A DNA stretch of 64,000 nucleotides from Lama glama (Eukaryota), in NCBI GenBank assembly GCA_028534125.1, contig CM052816.1, forward strand, positions 21,454,001 to 21,518,000, given 5' to 3'. Position 1 is the stretch's first letter. Each line of letters opens with the position of its first letter. Both the position numbers and the translations under genes were made by a program. Shown here piece by piece: positions 26,040 to 60,236 of the stretch. The notes beneath the pieces were generated by a model that was not told where the DNA came from, searched no databases, and saw only the letters and a list, made by a program, of their open reading frames with translations.

Positions 26040-27010
26040 CAGAGAGGCACCCGGAGTTGGTGGGGCGGGGGTGGGGGTGGGGGTATGGTCCGCGTTCTAC
26101 AAAAAGGAAACGTGTGCTGCGACCGGTGGCCTGGCTTGACCCCCCGCCCTACCTCGACCCCAGGGTGCCAGATCCCTGGCACGTTTGTCCGAGCCCCCGC
26201 CCCTTCCCCCCTGGTCTTCTAGCCGGGCCTGTAGGATTAGCGAAAGCCCAGCGGTGCGGGGTCTCAGGCCTTCCCAGCCCCGCGGTAGGAACTCCCGGGC
26301 CAGCCCGGCCGGCGTCCAACAGCCGCCTGGCGTCCCGCCCGCACGGTCCGCAAGGAGGAGCCCGCGAGGCGACCGCGAAGGGGCTGCGCTTACCTGGCCC
26401 GGCGCGGGCTACGGCCCCAGCTCGCCGGCTTCAGGCCGGCGGCCCCGCACGCTGCGCCCCTCGCCCCGACGGCAGTTGCGCCGGCCCTGGCCATAGGCAC
26501 TTTCATTTTCCTCAACGGTCTCGGCAGGAAAGCGAAAGCGAAAGCGGCCGAGAGGCGGGCCCAGGCCCGGTGAACGCGGAGCGCGGGCCCGCAGCTGGAG
26601 GCGGGGGCCGCGGGCCGCGGCCGCAGGTCTACGCGCGGCGGGCGCGGCGGCGTTCCGGCGGGAGCCGCGTCCACCCGGGAGGCTGCTCGCTGGCCGGTCA
26701 GTAGCGCACGTCTCAGCGGTGCAGCGCGCCCTCGTCCGGCTCCGCGGCCCACGGCGCCTCCGTCCCTCGGGGCTTCTTCCCTCATCTGCCCTTTACTCAG
26801 TGCCTGCCGGGGCCTCGCGGCTGGCGACGGGCCCGGGACCTGACACTCGGCGGCGCTTCGGGGGTTCTGGCCTGAGGAGGCGGGCACCGGCCTGGACGGC
26901 CGGGAGACAGTCTGAGGGGTCGAGGTGGGAGGCGCTGAGGAAACTGGGGCAGGTTACGCTCGCAGACCCCAGGGGTCAGGCCGCTCCCCAGCCCAGGCAT
27001 GCGCACTGGT
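26040..27010. promoter_or_regulatory. CpG island, probable promoter of the IRF1-AS1/CARINH (C5orf56) orthologue
   Basis: Dense CpG; IRF motifs; strong minus-strand donor at 26393; lies about 8 kb past the SLC22A5 3' end, matching the human order SLC22A5 - C5orf56 - IRF1. Confidence 0.8.
26498..26545. promoter_or_regulatory. IRF-E/ISRE cluster
   Basis: (GAAAGC)3 at 26528-26545 (+) and GGAAAATGAAAGTG at 26511-26498 (-). Confidence 0.75.
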
Positions 27011-30000
27011 TCCTCTGCCAAGCGGGCAGCACTGGCACTCCTGACAGCCTCGTCCTGACCCAGAGGTACCAGGCTCTTCATTCTGGGTCGGCGGAAAAAT
27101 AAAAGTCAATGATGTCTGTGAAAAGCGGGACGCTTCATTTAATAAGAAAAACTAGAACAGCAAGTTTAAGGTTTGGACTCCCTGGGCTAAGTGGTGCCCA
27201 TCAATACCCAAGGGTTTAGAGATTCCAGGTTCAAGCTCTGGCTCTGGCACTCTATTTACTCCTGGTATAAGGGAGAAAATACTTGGCATTTTCTTTTAGG
27301 CACTAGATGGGTTCTTTGAGGGCAGAGGCAAAGTCATTGCTCTTCTCGTTGCTTAATAGACATTCTCTAACGGTCAGTTGATAATAGGATAGTTTTCAAA
27401 GTTTGGACTGTGTTATCTTGACTTAGAAGGACTTTGGGGGGACTGCAGTCTTTTTGGAAGTCACCTCATGCTTACCCTGACGATTAGCCCCTATAATTAT
27501 GCCACTGGACCAAGTTTTTGTTAGAAGAGAGCACTGCTACAAAATTTGATGGAAGTCTCTACAGCTCTGCCCAGCATCAGCCACTGAGATTTGAAAAATA
27601 CTTTTGTAAGCATTTCTGTAGAAACCTGCAAAACATTGTCAAGACTCCATATTCCGAACACAATTTCCCATGTGTTTGTTTTTGTCATAGAGTAGTCTGA
27701 TAACTGGAAGACAAAAACACAATAAACTGCTTAATCTGCCAGAGTCACTTTGGTTTGCCTCTTTCTAATTTGGGCACATTTCCTGCATGATGAAGGCCTT
27801 GCTCTATGACTGATGTTGTGACTTTCCATGGGTCCTTGCAGTATTTCCCTCAAGAGCAGGTGGGGAAGTGGAGCAGGCCAAATGATGACCTTAGAAACAC
27901 ACGTGGTTCCCCTTCCAGAAGATGATGACTTTGGCCTGTAGGATGAAGGGAAAAAAAAAAATCAAGGCAGCCTAGAGCTCTTCCTTATTATAGGACAATA
28001 ATTCTTGACTACATGAGAGCAATCAAGAGCTAAATCTGCTTCTACATAAAAAATATGTCTGAGAGATGAGGGTCACGAAAAGCGAGAAAAAGACACTAGA
28101 AGATAAAGCTTACCTTTTGTAGATGTTACATATGGGAACAGAGAGGACCCAAGAGGTGATGACAAGCCTGGATATTATCTTCATGATTTCCCAAAGTCCA
28201 GATTTGGTCGTTGACCTTGTGGATTAAAAATGCCATCTTCTTTCCATGTTTGAGTATTGATTAAAAATCAGCTTTTATAATATCAGAATGCAGATTTATT
28301 GATTTCATTAACTATTTACCAGACTCATGCTAAGTGTATTACATACATTGCTTCATTTAATTCTCCCTACAATCATGTGATGCCATGTGATCTTTTTTTC
28401 AGTTGAGGGGGGAAGATGATGGAAATTCCCCAAGGACTCACAGTTTTAGTATGTATGTAAGTAGTAGAGTCAGGGTTCAAATAAAGGCCATCTGATTCCA
28501 AAACACGTAGCCTGACCTTTCCTGTTAGAAACAAAACTATCAGAAACACTGAGTTTCTGGAGTTTGCCTGGTGAGTGCACTCTTCTTGTAACTGCAATTT
28601 AGAGCCTAATAAACAGAAAGAGGTTTGGTGAGCTTAAAGTAGAATCAGAACAGTGATTTATCTGACTTAAATGTTAAATGGTATTAGGTAGGGTAGCCTG
28701 GTGTGTCTTCTTCCATACCAAAGATCAAATGACATGCTGGGAGGACTGGTCATTCATTCCTGCCAACCTGGCTAGCCCTTTTTCTTGGGATGGTGCCTGG
28801 TCAACCAACATTCACACCTTTTTTGTAAGCTGCCTGTGCTGCTCCTTCTCAGTTGGACATATTTCTTTTTTAGACATAATAAGGCCTTAGTTAATAAAAG
28901 TACCGTTAGGCCTTGTAGGTCCTGGGGTCCTTATTTCTCTTTATGGAGGCGTTTTGTGTATCTTTGCTCAGATTGGCTTGATTTATATTTTAACTTTGTA
29001 TCCCAACTGTTTGAGAGCAACTCACTTTCTTTTCTTCCTACCCCCCTTGACCTAACTCTAGAATAAAATCTTGTGCAAGTTCTGCAGCAAGCACTTTATC
29101 AAGACCTGCAGTGGTCATCAATGAAGACCTGAAAATCCAAGTCCAAAGCCAAAACTTTACCACGGGCCAGGAGGGTGGGGTGGAGTTGCCGGGGGGTAGA
29201 TCATGCAACACAGCTGGAGAACAATATAAATGGAAAGAAAGAAATCACTGGTTAGGGAAAAAAATACCTGGTGTGATTCAAATAAAAAAGAAAAAAAATA
29301 ACTTTTAGATACTTCATTCATTCAACAAATATTCTGTGGCAAATACAAAATGCAGCCACTCTACTAATTCTGGGGATTCAATAATGAGCAAAAATACACA
29401 CAGTCTCTGCCTTCAGGAAATATATTTCAGTGAGGTAGACAATCAAATAATTAGTCAAATATAGAATACCATCCTAAATGCTACAAAATGCATTTGATTG
29501 TATGGGAAAGATTGAATTTTCCTGAGGAGTCAGAGAAGGCTTCCCCAAAGAAGGGTTGTTTGAATTAGAAGCTAAGGAATATGGATTAATTAACTGGGTA
29601 AAGTGGCATGGGGTTGGAGAAGAGACAATTTGTGACGGGAATTGCACATGCAAAGGTCCTGAGGCAGGAAAGAATCTTTATTGAGCATTTGAGAGACTGG
29701 AAGCAGGCTGGATTTGAACCATTATCTATCTGGTAACCAAAGGGTCAATGGAACAGAGAGAAAGACCAAGGAGAACCCAAGTCTACAGGAAGCTGGAGAG
29801 TAAGGCAAAAGCCATAACACGTAGGGCCTTGAAGGTTATGCTAAGGACTCAGGTCTTTATCCTATGAGCACTATGATGGTGCTTAAGCAGAGGGTTGTAT
29901 TATCTGACTTGTGTTTTGAAAAGACTGCTCTGTCCACTGTGTGGTGAATGGATTGAAAGATGCTCACCACCTGAGAGCAGGGTGATGGTGGTAGAGGTGG

Positions 30001-30149
30001 AGGGCATGGAGAGAAATGGAAAGATGTGAGAGCTATTTAGGAGGTAAAATGGTCAGGAAACTGGCGATGGATTGGGTCTTTGAGATAAGGGAGAAGGAGA
30101 TACCAAGCATGACTCCCAGGTTGCATAACTGAATGAATGATTGTGGCAG

Positions 30150-30600
30150 TCATGTAGGTTCTCAGATCTCTCTGTTCAAGAGACTCCTCTACAAGGAACA
30201 TAGCTGACAAGCTCCAGCTGCTGCACCTTCAGATCCACTGTGGTGTCCACACAAGTTCACACATTCTGGCCTTTCTCAGCCAATGAACGAATACAGTGTA
30301 GGTACCAGAGCCAGGTCATTTTTGCCCAAGGTGGGACTCCTCCAACAGGCAATCTATATTTTGTGGCTTCCCATCAGCATGGCCAAACTTTCTCAGAACT
30401 GCTCTGCAGTCTGAGGCTCTTCCTACCTAGTCCTCCTTCCTTCCCTCTCCCTCTTCATACCTGCATCATGGTCTGAGTGTCTCTCTGCTTTCTCCTGCTC
30501 CCTCTCCTCTTTACCCTTCAAGAGCATTCTCCCCATTAAACTCTTACAAGTTAATTCCATCTTGGTGTCAGCTCTAGGAGGACTCAAAATGACACAATGA
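30150..30600 (+). mobile_element. ERVL (LTR16-like) solo LTR
   Basis: 3' end ATTAAACTCTT..CCATCTTGGTGTC..GGAGGACTCAAAATGACA; inserted in an L2 context. Confidence 0.5.
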
Positions 30601-31569
30601 TGCCCTTCAGTGAGCTGGAGAATCTTGGAAAGGAACAACTTTTGGAGGGCTTCGATTCTGTGCATGTTGGATGAGGTGTCAGGTGGGCAGGAGACCTCTC
30701 TATCCATTTCCCCACTCATGAGATATGTTCTGCTTCACCACTAAACTATCAGCTATGTCGTCTGTGTGAGCTACTGCCTGGTTTTCTTTGTAAAATGCTC
30801 ATTCAATGGATAGTCTCCAAACTGCAGTTTAGAATTCAGCACTATACTGTTTGCCTCTAGAAAAATATGACATACTGATAGCAGAAATATCCTTTAACAT
30901 TCTTGAGGAAGAGGCAAAAGTAAAAAAATTGAATGGGAGTGAGCAATTGTTCTTGAACAATCAAGGGTAAATAATTTTGCTTTGGGTGGCCCTGATTTTC
31001 CAGGGAAAAGGAGTAGTCTTAGTGTTCCCAAAGGGAGAGACTTACATATTTGGCAACGTGGATGGAAATCTCTGTCACGCTGCGGGAAAAAGAATGAGCA
31101 CACCAAAGGCACTCTTGCTCTGACGTCTGTCTCCCTGAGCAAGGTACCCGCAGAGAGCTGGGTGGCAGAGAATGACCCTGTCATGGAGATTGCTTATTTG
31201 AGTGAATCACCTGTGAGAGGGCAGAGCTCTTTAGGTGCAACATTGGCTCATCCTGTTGAAGCAGGCTTCAACAAATCACGACAACTACAAGAGTATTTGA
31301 ACACTGAGCGCTCTCATAGGTCAAACATTTCCTCCATTAACAGCAGATCCCAGACAGCCTGTACCCATTTCACTGTGAAGGGTGGAGGCTGACAGTAGGT
31401 GAGTTTACATGTTTTGCTACTAAGCTTTCGGGAAGCCCAGATACGATTAGTCTGCTTGAAAGAAGTAGGTGTGGACGTCACGAAGTATATTTTCCTGGAG
31501 GGTCTGTCTCTCATTAAGGGATAACTGAATAAAAGTATCTGTTAAAATTTAAGAAAAATTACCAAGTGT

Positions 31570-32060
31570 AAGGTGAATGCTGGCCTCATGGAATGAGTTA
31601 GGAAGTGTTTCTCCTCTTCTATTTTTGGGAAGTTGAGGATTGGTGATAATTCTTTAAATGTTTGGTAGAATTTACCAGTGAAGCCATCTGATTGAGTTTT
31701 TCTTAGTTGGGAGGTTTTTGATTATTAATGCAATCTCTTAAGTCCATTCAGATTTTATTTCTTCTTGAGTCGATTTTGGTAATGTGTGTTTCTGAGAATT
31801 TGTTGAGTTCATCTAGGTTGTTGAATTGTTGGCATACAGTTGTTTACAGTATTCTCTTATAATCCCTTTCTTCAGTAAGGTTGGTAGTAATTTCCTCGCT
31901 CTCATGAACTCTGTCCGTTGTATTTACTTGGGTGGTGCCCTTTATCCATAGGCTTAATTCCTTCACATGGACCAGCGTTGCTGTCCAGTATCCTTTCGTT
32001 TCGGCCTGAAGGACTCCTTTTAGCATTTCTCACAGGGCAGGTCTCACTGCTTTCAGAGTG
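31570..32060 (-). mobile_element. L1 fragments
   Basis: T-rich; GCTGGCCTCATGGAATGAGTTAGGAAGTGTT..TTTGGTAGAATTTACCAGTGAAGCCATCTG is antisense ORF2. Confidence 0.8.
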
Positions 32061-33855
32061 ATTAGGCCCACTGTCCATCTTCTCCATTTCATCCATTTGT
32101 TTTCTACAGTAGTTTCCAAAAATCTTTGGACAGGGAAATAAAGAGAGGGCTTCACCCAGTCTGCTGTTTGCCAGATTTGGGAGTAAGTAGGGAGACTGTT
32201 GCAGCAGTCGATGACTTTTTAGTATGCTTAGAGTTGACAGGCAACGTTAGAATCTTCTCTTTCTTTCCCTTCACCAGTTTTATAAAGTGTATTAAGTTAT
32301 GCTGCTTTCTTGTTTGGTTAATTTTGGTGAAAAAAATGTATAGGTTTTTACTTTTTTATGCTCATTTTGTTTGATCTAGGGGAGGGCAATTCTATGATGA
32401 CATTTATTTTCAGAACTATTTTCTGCATAATCAAAGGTTACATGATTATGAATAAGATAGTTCTGAAGGTTCAGTAGACTAGCCCTGTGAAATACTGATA
32501 CCACCGCATGCATTTAGCAGTCTCTCCTTGATGTGCAGAGTGTATTTCCACACGTCCCCTACAGATCCATGAGAAGAGCTTCTCATGTAAGACTTCTGGG
32601 GTGAAAAGAGTAGGTCAGGTGCCTGACTGCCGCCTTGTAGCTGGCCCATCAGAGAGATGATATCCCAGGGTCTCTGGCAGCCTCTTGCACACCTGTCCTT
32701 GAGATGAGGCCCCTTCTTCCCAAGGAGAGACCCTCTGGGGTGGGTCTGCCTGAGACTCCAGGAAGACATGCAATTTCTGCTGAGAAACCTGTGATTCTGT
32801 CATCCTAGGCATTCTTTATTAATCTCATAAGACTTCTGAGGATCGAAGGAGAAACAGATGTATTTTTCCAAAGTGCTTTTATAGCAACGGGACACAACAC
32901 AAGTTACTGCTGATGCTAAATTGCATCAAGCCTCTTTCTATCAGCCTAAAAAGTCCTTTAGGAAAATCAATTAAATGGCAAACATGTAGGAGAAAGATTT
33001 GTTGTGCTACTTACTACCTGACAGAGAGGGTGGCCTCTGCCCAACTCATTCACCGTCACTTACTCTCGGTATTAAGAAGACTAATTCTCTTTGGCAAACA
33101 CCAGCCCTTCTGGAATTCAGGAGAGTGTTCAGCGAGCTCTGGAGACAGGAACTAGTTGTCAAGAATAGGAAAAGATTATGGGGTACAGTCTTGTTTTCAC
33201 TTTGATGTGTCGTAGAAAAGTTATTATTTTTAAAATCTGAATTGCTTCTCCACTTCCTTTGCACTTCCATGGGTATCCTGGTTTCTAATTCTCACGAGCA
33301 TTAACTGAGCACCTCATCATGCACAAACACCCCTGTGACTACAGGTTATACATGCCTCTTTCTTTGAGAGGAGATCCCTGGTCAGTTTCCAAAAGTCATG
33401 GCTCTGATGGAAACAAGCTGCAAATGAGTTTGGCAGGCCTGCACAGAGGACTTGGGTTTTGGGATACTTGGTTTAGCCCAGAAGCAGTGACTTGGGCTAC
33501 TGCCCTATTATGGGAAGAGCTCAAAGAATTCAAGTAATTATGATTTTTTTCCCCTGAAAGGCCACAAATGAAAGGAACCACTTGCATAGAGAATAAGAGA
33601 GAAAACTCAGAACTGCTCATTTGTGCAACAACAGAAAGGGCAGGTAGGACTGTAATTCATATTCTGGAGCCACTGTGATGCCAGTTAATGTGGAACCCTG
33701 CACAGAACCAGGCATGAGAGTAGAGCATCTCACAAGCTTCCTTCCCACTGCCTGAGTTTGATGCTGCTCATTTTGTTATGCAATGTGCCTTTTGAGTTAT
33801 CTACCCTGGAGCCGTTAACCCAGGTCTACCCATTCTAACTCAAATGGCCGTGACA

Positions 33856-33905
<50 letters not shown>

Positions 33906-33922
33906 CCTACCTATCTATCTAT
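33856..33922. repeat. (TATC)n tetranucleotide microsatellite
   Basis: Direct reading; two TACC interruptions near the end. Confidence 0.97.
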
Positions 33923-33924
33923 AT

Positions 33925-34448
33925 CTTGTGCACCGTGTCCAACCCTCAACCCTCTCAGCCTGACCTCTTATTCCAGCCACTGTTGCAGTGACCAGTTCAC
34001 ACACTCTGACCAGCTTCACTGAAGGGCAGCCCAGCAGTGCTCCACCTCAGGCCTGCAATGCATTACCTCTTACTTTCTACCAAGGGGATAGAACCTGTTT
34101 GGGATTCATGCATGTACAACCTGGAAATGTGGAAGCTGACCCCTGTGGGGCTGCCTTTGATGAATAGGGGATGGAGGCCAATACGTAAATGCTCCCCCTT
34201 TCATCCATGGTGCAGATGGTTCTGAGATACATTTCACAAGGCTCCTGAGAAGTTCTGGCTAGATGGAGTAGTGCCCTTGGCACTGGCCATCCTGATAATC
34301 CATCCTTGTACTGGGTCTCCCTCCTTCCCTGTTTTCTCGCCCCATTCTTCACTTCTGTTCCTTGGAATCTTGTTCCCAAATAAACTACCAAACTGCACAG
34401 GAGCACTGGTTTCAGGTCCTGCTTTCAGGAGAACCCAGACTAAGACAC
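33925..34448 (+). mobile_element. ERVL (LTR16-like) solo LTR just past the SLC22A5 polyA site
   Basis: 3' end CCCAAATAAACTAC..CTGCTTTCAGGAGAACCCAGACTAAGACA. Confidence 0.6.
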
Positions 34449-34639
34449 TTGTGCAAGAATGCTGGCTCAGTCTACAGTCAATGAATAGAGTGAAGGTCTC
34501 TAGCACATGGGGGTTAAATCTTAGCCTTAGAGACTCATCACAAATCACTGTTAGAATGAGTCCAAGCTGACCTAGAGAAAAGTCAGGTGATAGTGTGACA
34601 TGGCTCACCAAACTGTGGAAATAAAAGTTGTGGGCAGTT

Positions 34640-35949
34640 GCTATTATTTTAAAAAATCATTTTATTAAAACATCTTCATTTCCCAAGGCACTTCAGTAGC
34701 TTTCACAAAAATATGTTTTTTTAACCAGGTGAAGCATATGCTTTAGGAGTACCATGGTAACATATCAGAAAAGAGAAGATGATTACACTGGACACGAAGT
34801 ATATCCCAGTGTTACACGACTGAGCAGCTCTGAAAGAGGTGAACCCAGCTTAACTTTCTTCTTTGTAATTTTTTCCCATGATTAAGTACCACAACAGGAA
34901 CACACACAATGACATCATTTTTGGCACTCAGAGAAGTGCTAGTGGCGGAGGCTGGTGAGTCCCTGCCCAGGTGGCAACCACAGACCATTGCTGGAGTGAT
35001 TCTGGCTTGAAACAAACAAACAAACAAAAAAAGGACACGAACCGGGAGGCTAAGGAATCAGCCTTTCCTAAGTCTATTCTGAAGGGCAAATAACTTAAGG
35101 AGAAAAAGATACAATAAACAAACAACAAGCAAATAAACAAAACACAAAGAATCAAAATCCACATTATAGTTCTGGGAGAAGGGACAAGTTTGCTTGTCTC
35201 TCTCAGTGATATCCTTCCTTCAAGCCATACACCAGAAACCACAGTAGCTAGGAGATTTGATCACAGAGCAGTGGAAAACAAGAATAGGAGATACAATGAT
35301 GCATCTCTTATGGGCCTCGACAAGCCCAATGCTTTGATCAGATGTAAACAAGTCTCCCCAGTGGTCACACTGAGTGGTCTAAGGTCTCATAAATCAATGC
35401 ATTTGCCTGTGTTCTGTATCTGCTCAGTCCTCTCCATATTAATTACTTTTAGGTTTCCCCAGACTTGTGCTCTCCTGTCCTAGGGAAGCAACAATCCCAG
35501 TTAATATTCTTTGTAACTGAGAATCTAGGAGAAATCAAACTCTCTATGAAATTATTTCGTTTCCTCTAAAGTGCACCATTAGAGGGAAATGGGGGAAAGA
35601 TTTTGGGGGGAGAGGGGTGGAGGGATTAGACCTCTAGTTCAATCAGGGGTCTTTTCAGGCAACCTGAAATTAAAATGTAAATTTAGCAAATGCTTCTCAT
35701 ATTCTTCCAAATCCCACTGATTCTAGTGAATAGTTGAGTTCTTAGGAAGTGCCAAGTCCCTCACTGTAATAGTTAGGATTTATCCAAAGTTGTCTGTCAG
35801 TAGCCACGGGGTCCCTGGAGGGAGGGTGCTCTAGGACTACATGCAACTCTGAGTGTGGGTGTCCATCAGGCCTTTGCCTCCAAAGCACTCAGTGTCTGCA
35901 CAAGCCATTTCTGACAGGAGAGTCTTTTCCTTTCTCACTGGCGGCTGTG
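34640..35949 (-). other. SLC22A5: SLC22A5 3' UTR (about 1.3 kb; 3' end approximate)
   Basis: Runs from the stop codon to the AATAAA at 34661-34666, followed by a U-rich downstream element. Confidence 0.7.
34661..34666 (-). terminator. Polyadenylation signal AATAAA of SLC22A5
   Basis: TTTATT on the + strand in an AT-rich context; on the minus strand it is followed by ...CAACTTTTATTTCC. Confidence 0.75.
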
Positions 35950-58870
<22,921 letters not shown>

Positions 58871-59299
58871 TTGCCGAGCCCTTAAGGGGGAGTATGACTG
58901 GCCCAGGGTCTCACTGCTATTTTAACTATCCTTGATACTGCCCGTCATTGCGAGAGTGACAAAGATTGTTTTGAAACCGGAACCGTTAACTGCCCCAATG
59001 GAGAGATTAGAAGCAATGCCTTAATTCTAATCCAAATGCCCTCTCCATATTTTGGTCTGTAACAAGCCCTTTTGTTGTCCTTTAACTTGTTCAAACAAAT
59101 GTAAAAATTTAACTTAAAGATTATTGACGTTCTCAGCCTAGAATTAAATGTCCCCCCTTAGATTAGTTATTTCTGCACAGAGTTGCGTTGACGGATAATT
59201 GAAAAAAGAAACAAAGCTATTAGGTAACTCTAAAGCTTCTCTATCCAATTGAATAAGTAGCTACATTTGTAATTTAACGTTTTCTACTTATCATATTAA

Positions 59300-59730
59300 T
59301 AAAGTTACCAGATTTAACAAATAAAATATAGGACACCCAGTTGCAATTTCTGATAAATAATTTTATAGTAATAAAATATGCAGGGACTTATGAAATTCAA
59401 ATGTATTATATAGGGCAACTCAAAAAGAAATGGGTGAAATTAATAATATATTTAGTCCAATATATCTGGAACATTATTATTTCATTCATCTAATCAATAT
59501 AGAAATTATTGAGGGTATTTTATATTCTTACATTAAAAAATCATTGATCTTACATTAAAATTTTTTTCACACTGAATCTTAAGAATCCAGTGTGTGTCTT
59601 ATAGCACATTTCAATTTGGATTAGCCACTTTAAGAGCTTTAAGGGCTGAGTAGGCACATGTAGCTTGTGGCTATCTTATAGGACAGCACCATTCTAAGGC
59701 TTTTAAGAATTAGGGCTGCCAAATTTAACA
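59300..59730. mobile_element. hAT-Charlie MITE relics (MER33/MER3-like)
   Basis: GTTACCAGATTTAACAAATAAAATATAGGACACCCAGTT; TAGCTTGTGGCTATCTTATAGGACAGC. Confidence 0.55.
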
Positions 59731-60112
59731 TTGCAGGACTTTGCTTTTTATAATAATCGTGGCTTAGTGATAGAAAGAGAAAATGTACGTTTTTAAATGT
59801 AACCTGTTGGATAAAACTATTTAATAGTAATTGTATTCTACATTGAAAATTAAAACAGAGTGGGGATGCTAATCTTGCCAGCATGTTTTACACAAAGAAA
59901 TATAAACATATCCATAAAACATAGTAGATTTTTTTAAAATGAGTTTAAATTGTCAACACAAATCTTAGTCATTCCATTTGCACTTACTGTCCAATATTCC
60001 TGCCTCCCGAAATAGACTTAATCCTTTTTAACATCCAATTTCAAGTAACAGTCCTTTTCTGGAACTAACCAAGAAGGAAAATCATGCTTCTTGAACGTAA
60101 ACTTGCTTTTTG

Positions 60113-60236
60113 CCGGGGTGGGGGAGGTGGTGGATGTAATTAGGATTTTTTTTTTTAGAGGAGATACTAGGGATTGAACCCAAGACCTCATGCATGTTAA
60201 TCATGTGCTCTACTGCTTGAATTATACCCTCCCCTC
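60113..60236 (-). mobile_element. tRNA-Ala-derived SINE (camelid vic-1-like) with 15-bp TSD
   Basis: Minus strand GGGGAGGGTATAATTCAAGCAGTAGAGCACATG..CATGCATGAGGTCTTGGGTTCAATCCC (A/B boxes) followed by an A-run; TSD TAAACTTGCTTTTTG (60098-60112) / TAAACTTGTTTCTTG (60237-60251). Confidence 0.8.

Larger units (their letters stand above)
14196..26520 (-). ncRNA. IRF1-AS1: Probable 5' part of lncRNA IRF1-AS1/CARINH: exon 1 about 26520-26394, next exon 14311-14196; likely continues toward and beyond the window start
   Basis: Donor CAG|GTAAGC at 26394/26393; acceptor TTTTTTCCTTGTTTTGCCTGCAG| at 14312/14311; donor CGG|GTGAGT at 14196/14195. The name rests on synteny only and the TSS is approximate. 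Confidence 0.55.

Noticed and set aside
26057..27102. Long ORFs (215, 165, 127 aa) across the second CpG island
   Set aside because: Non-ATG starts and R/P/G/A-rich composition expected from GC content alone.
60160..60236. tRNA-Ala gene
   Set aside because: Degenerate stems and anticodon arm, an A tail and a TSD show it is a SINE.
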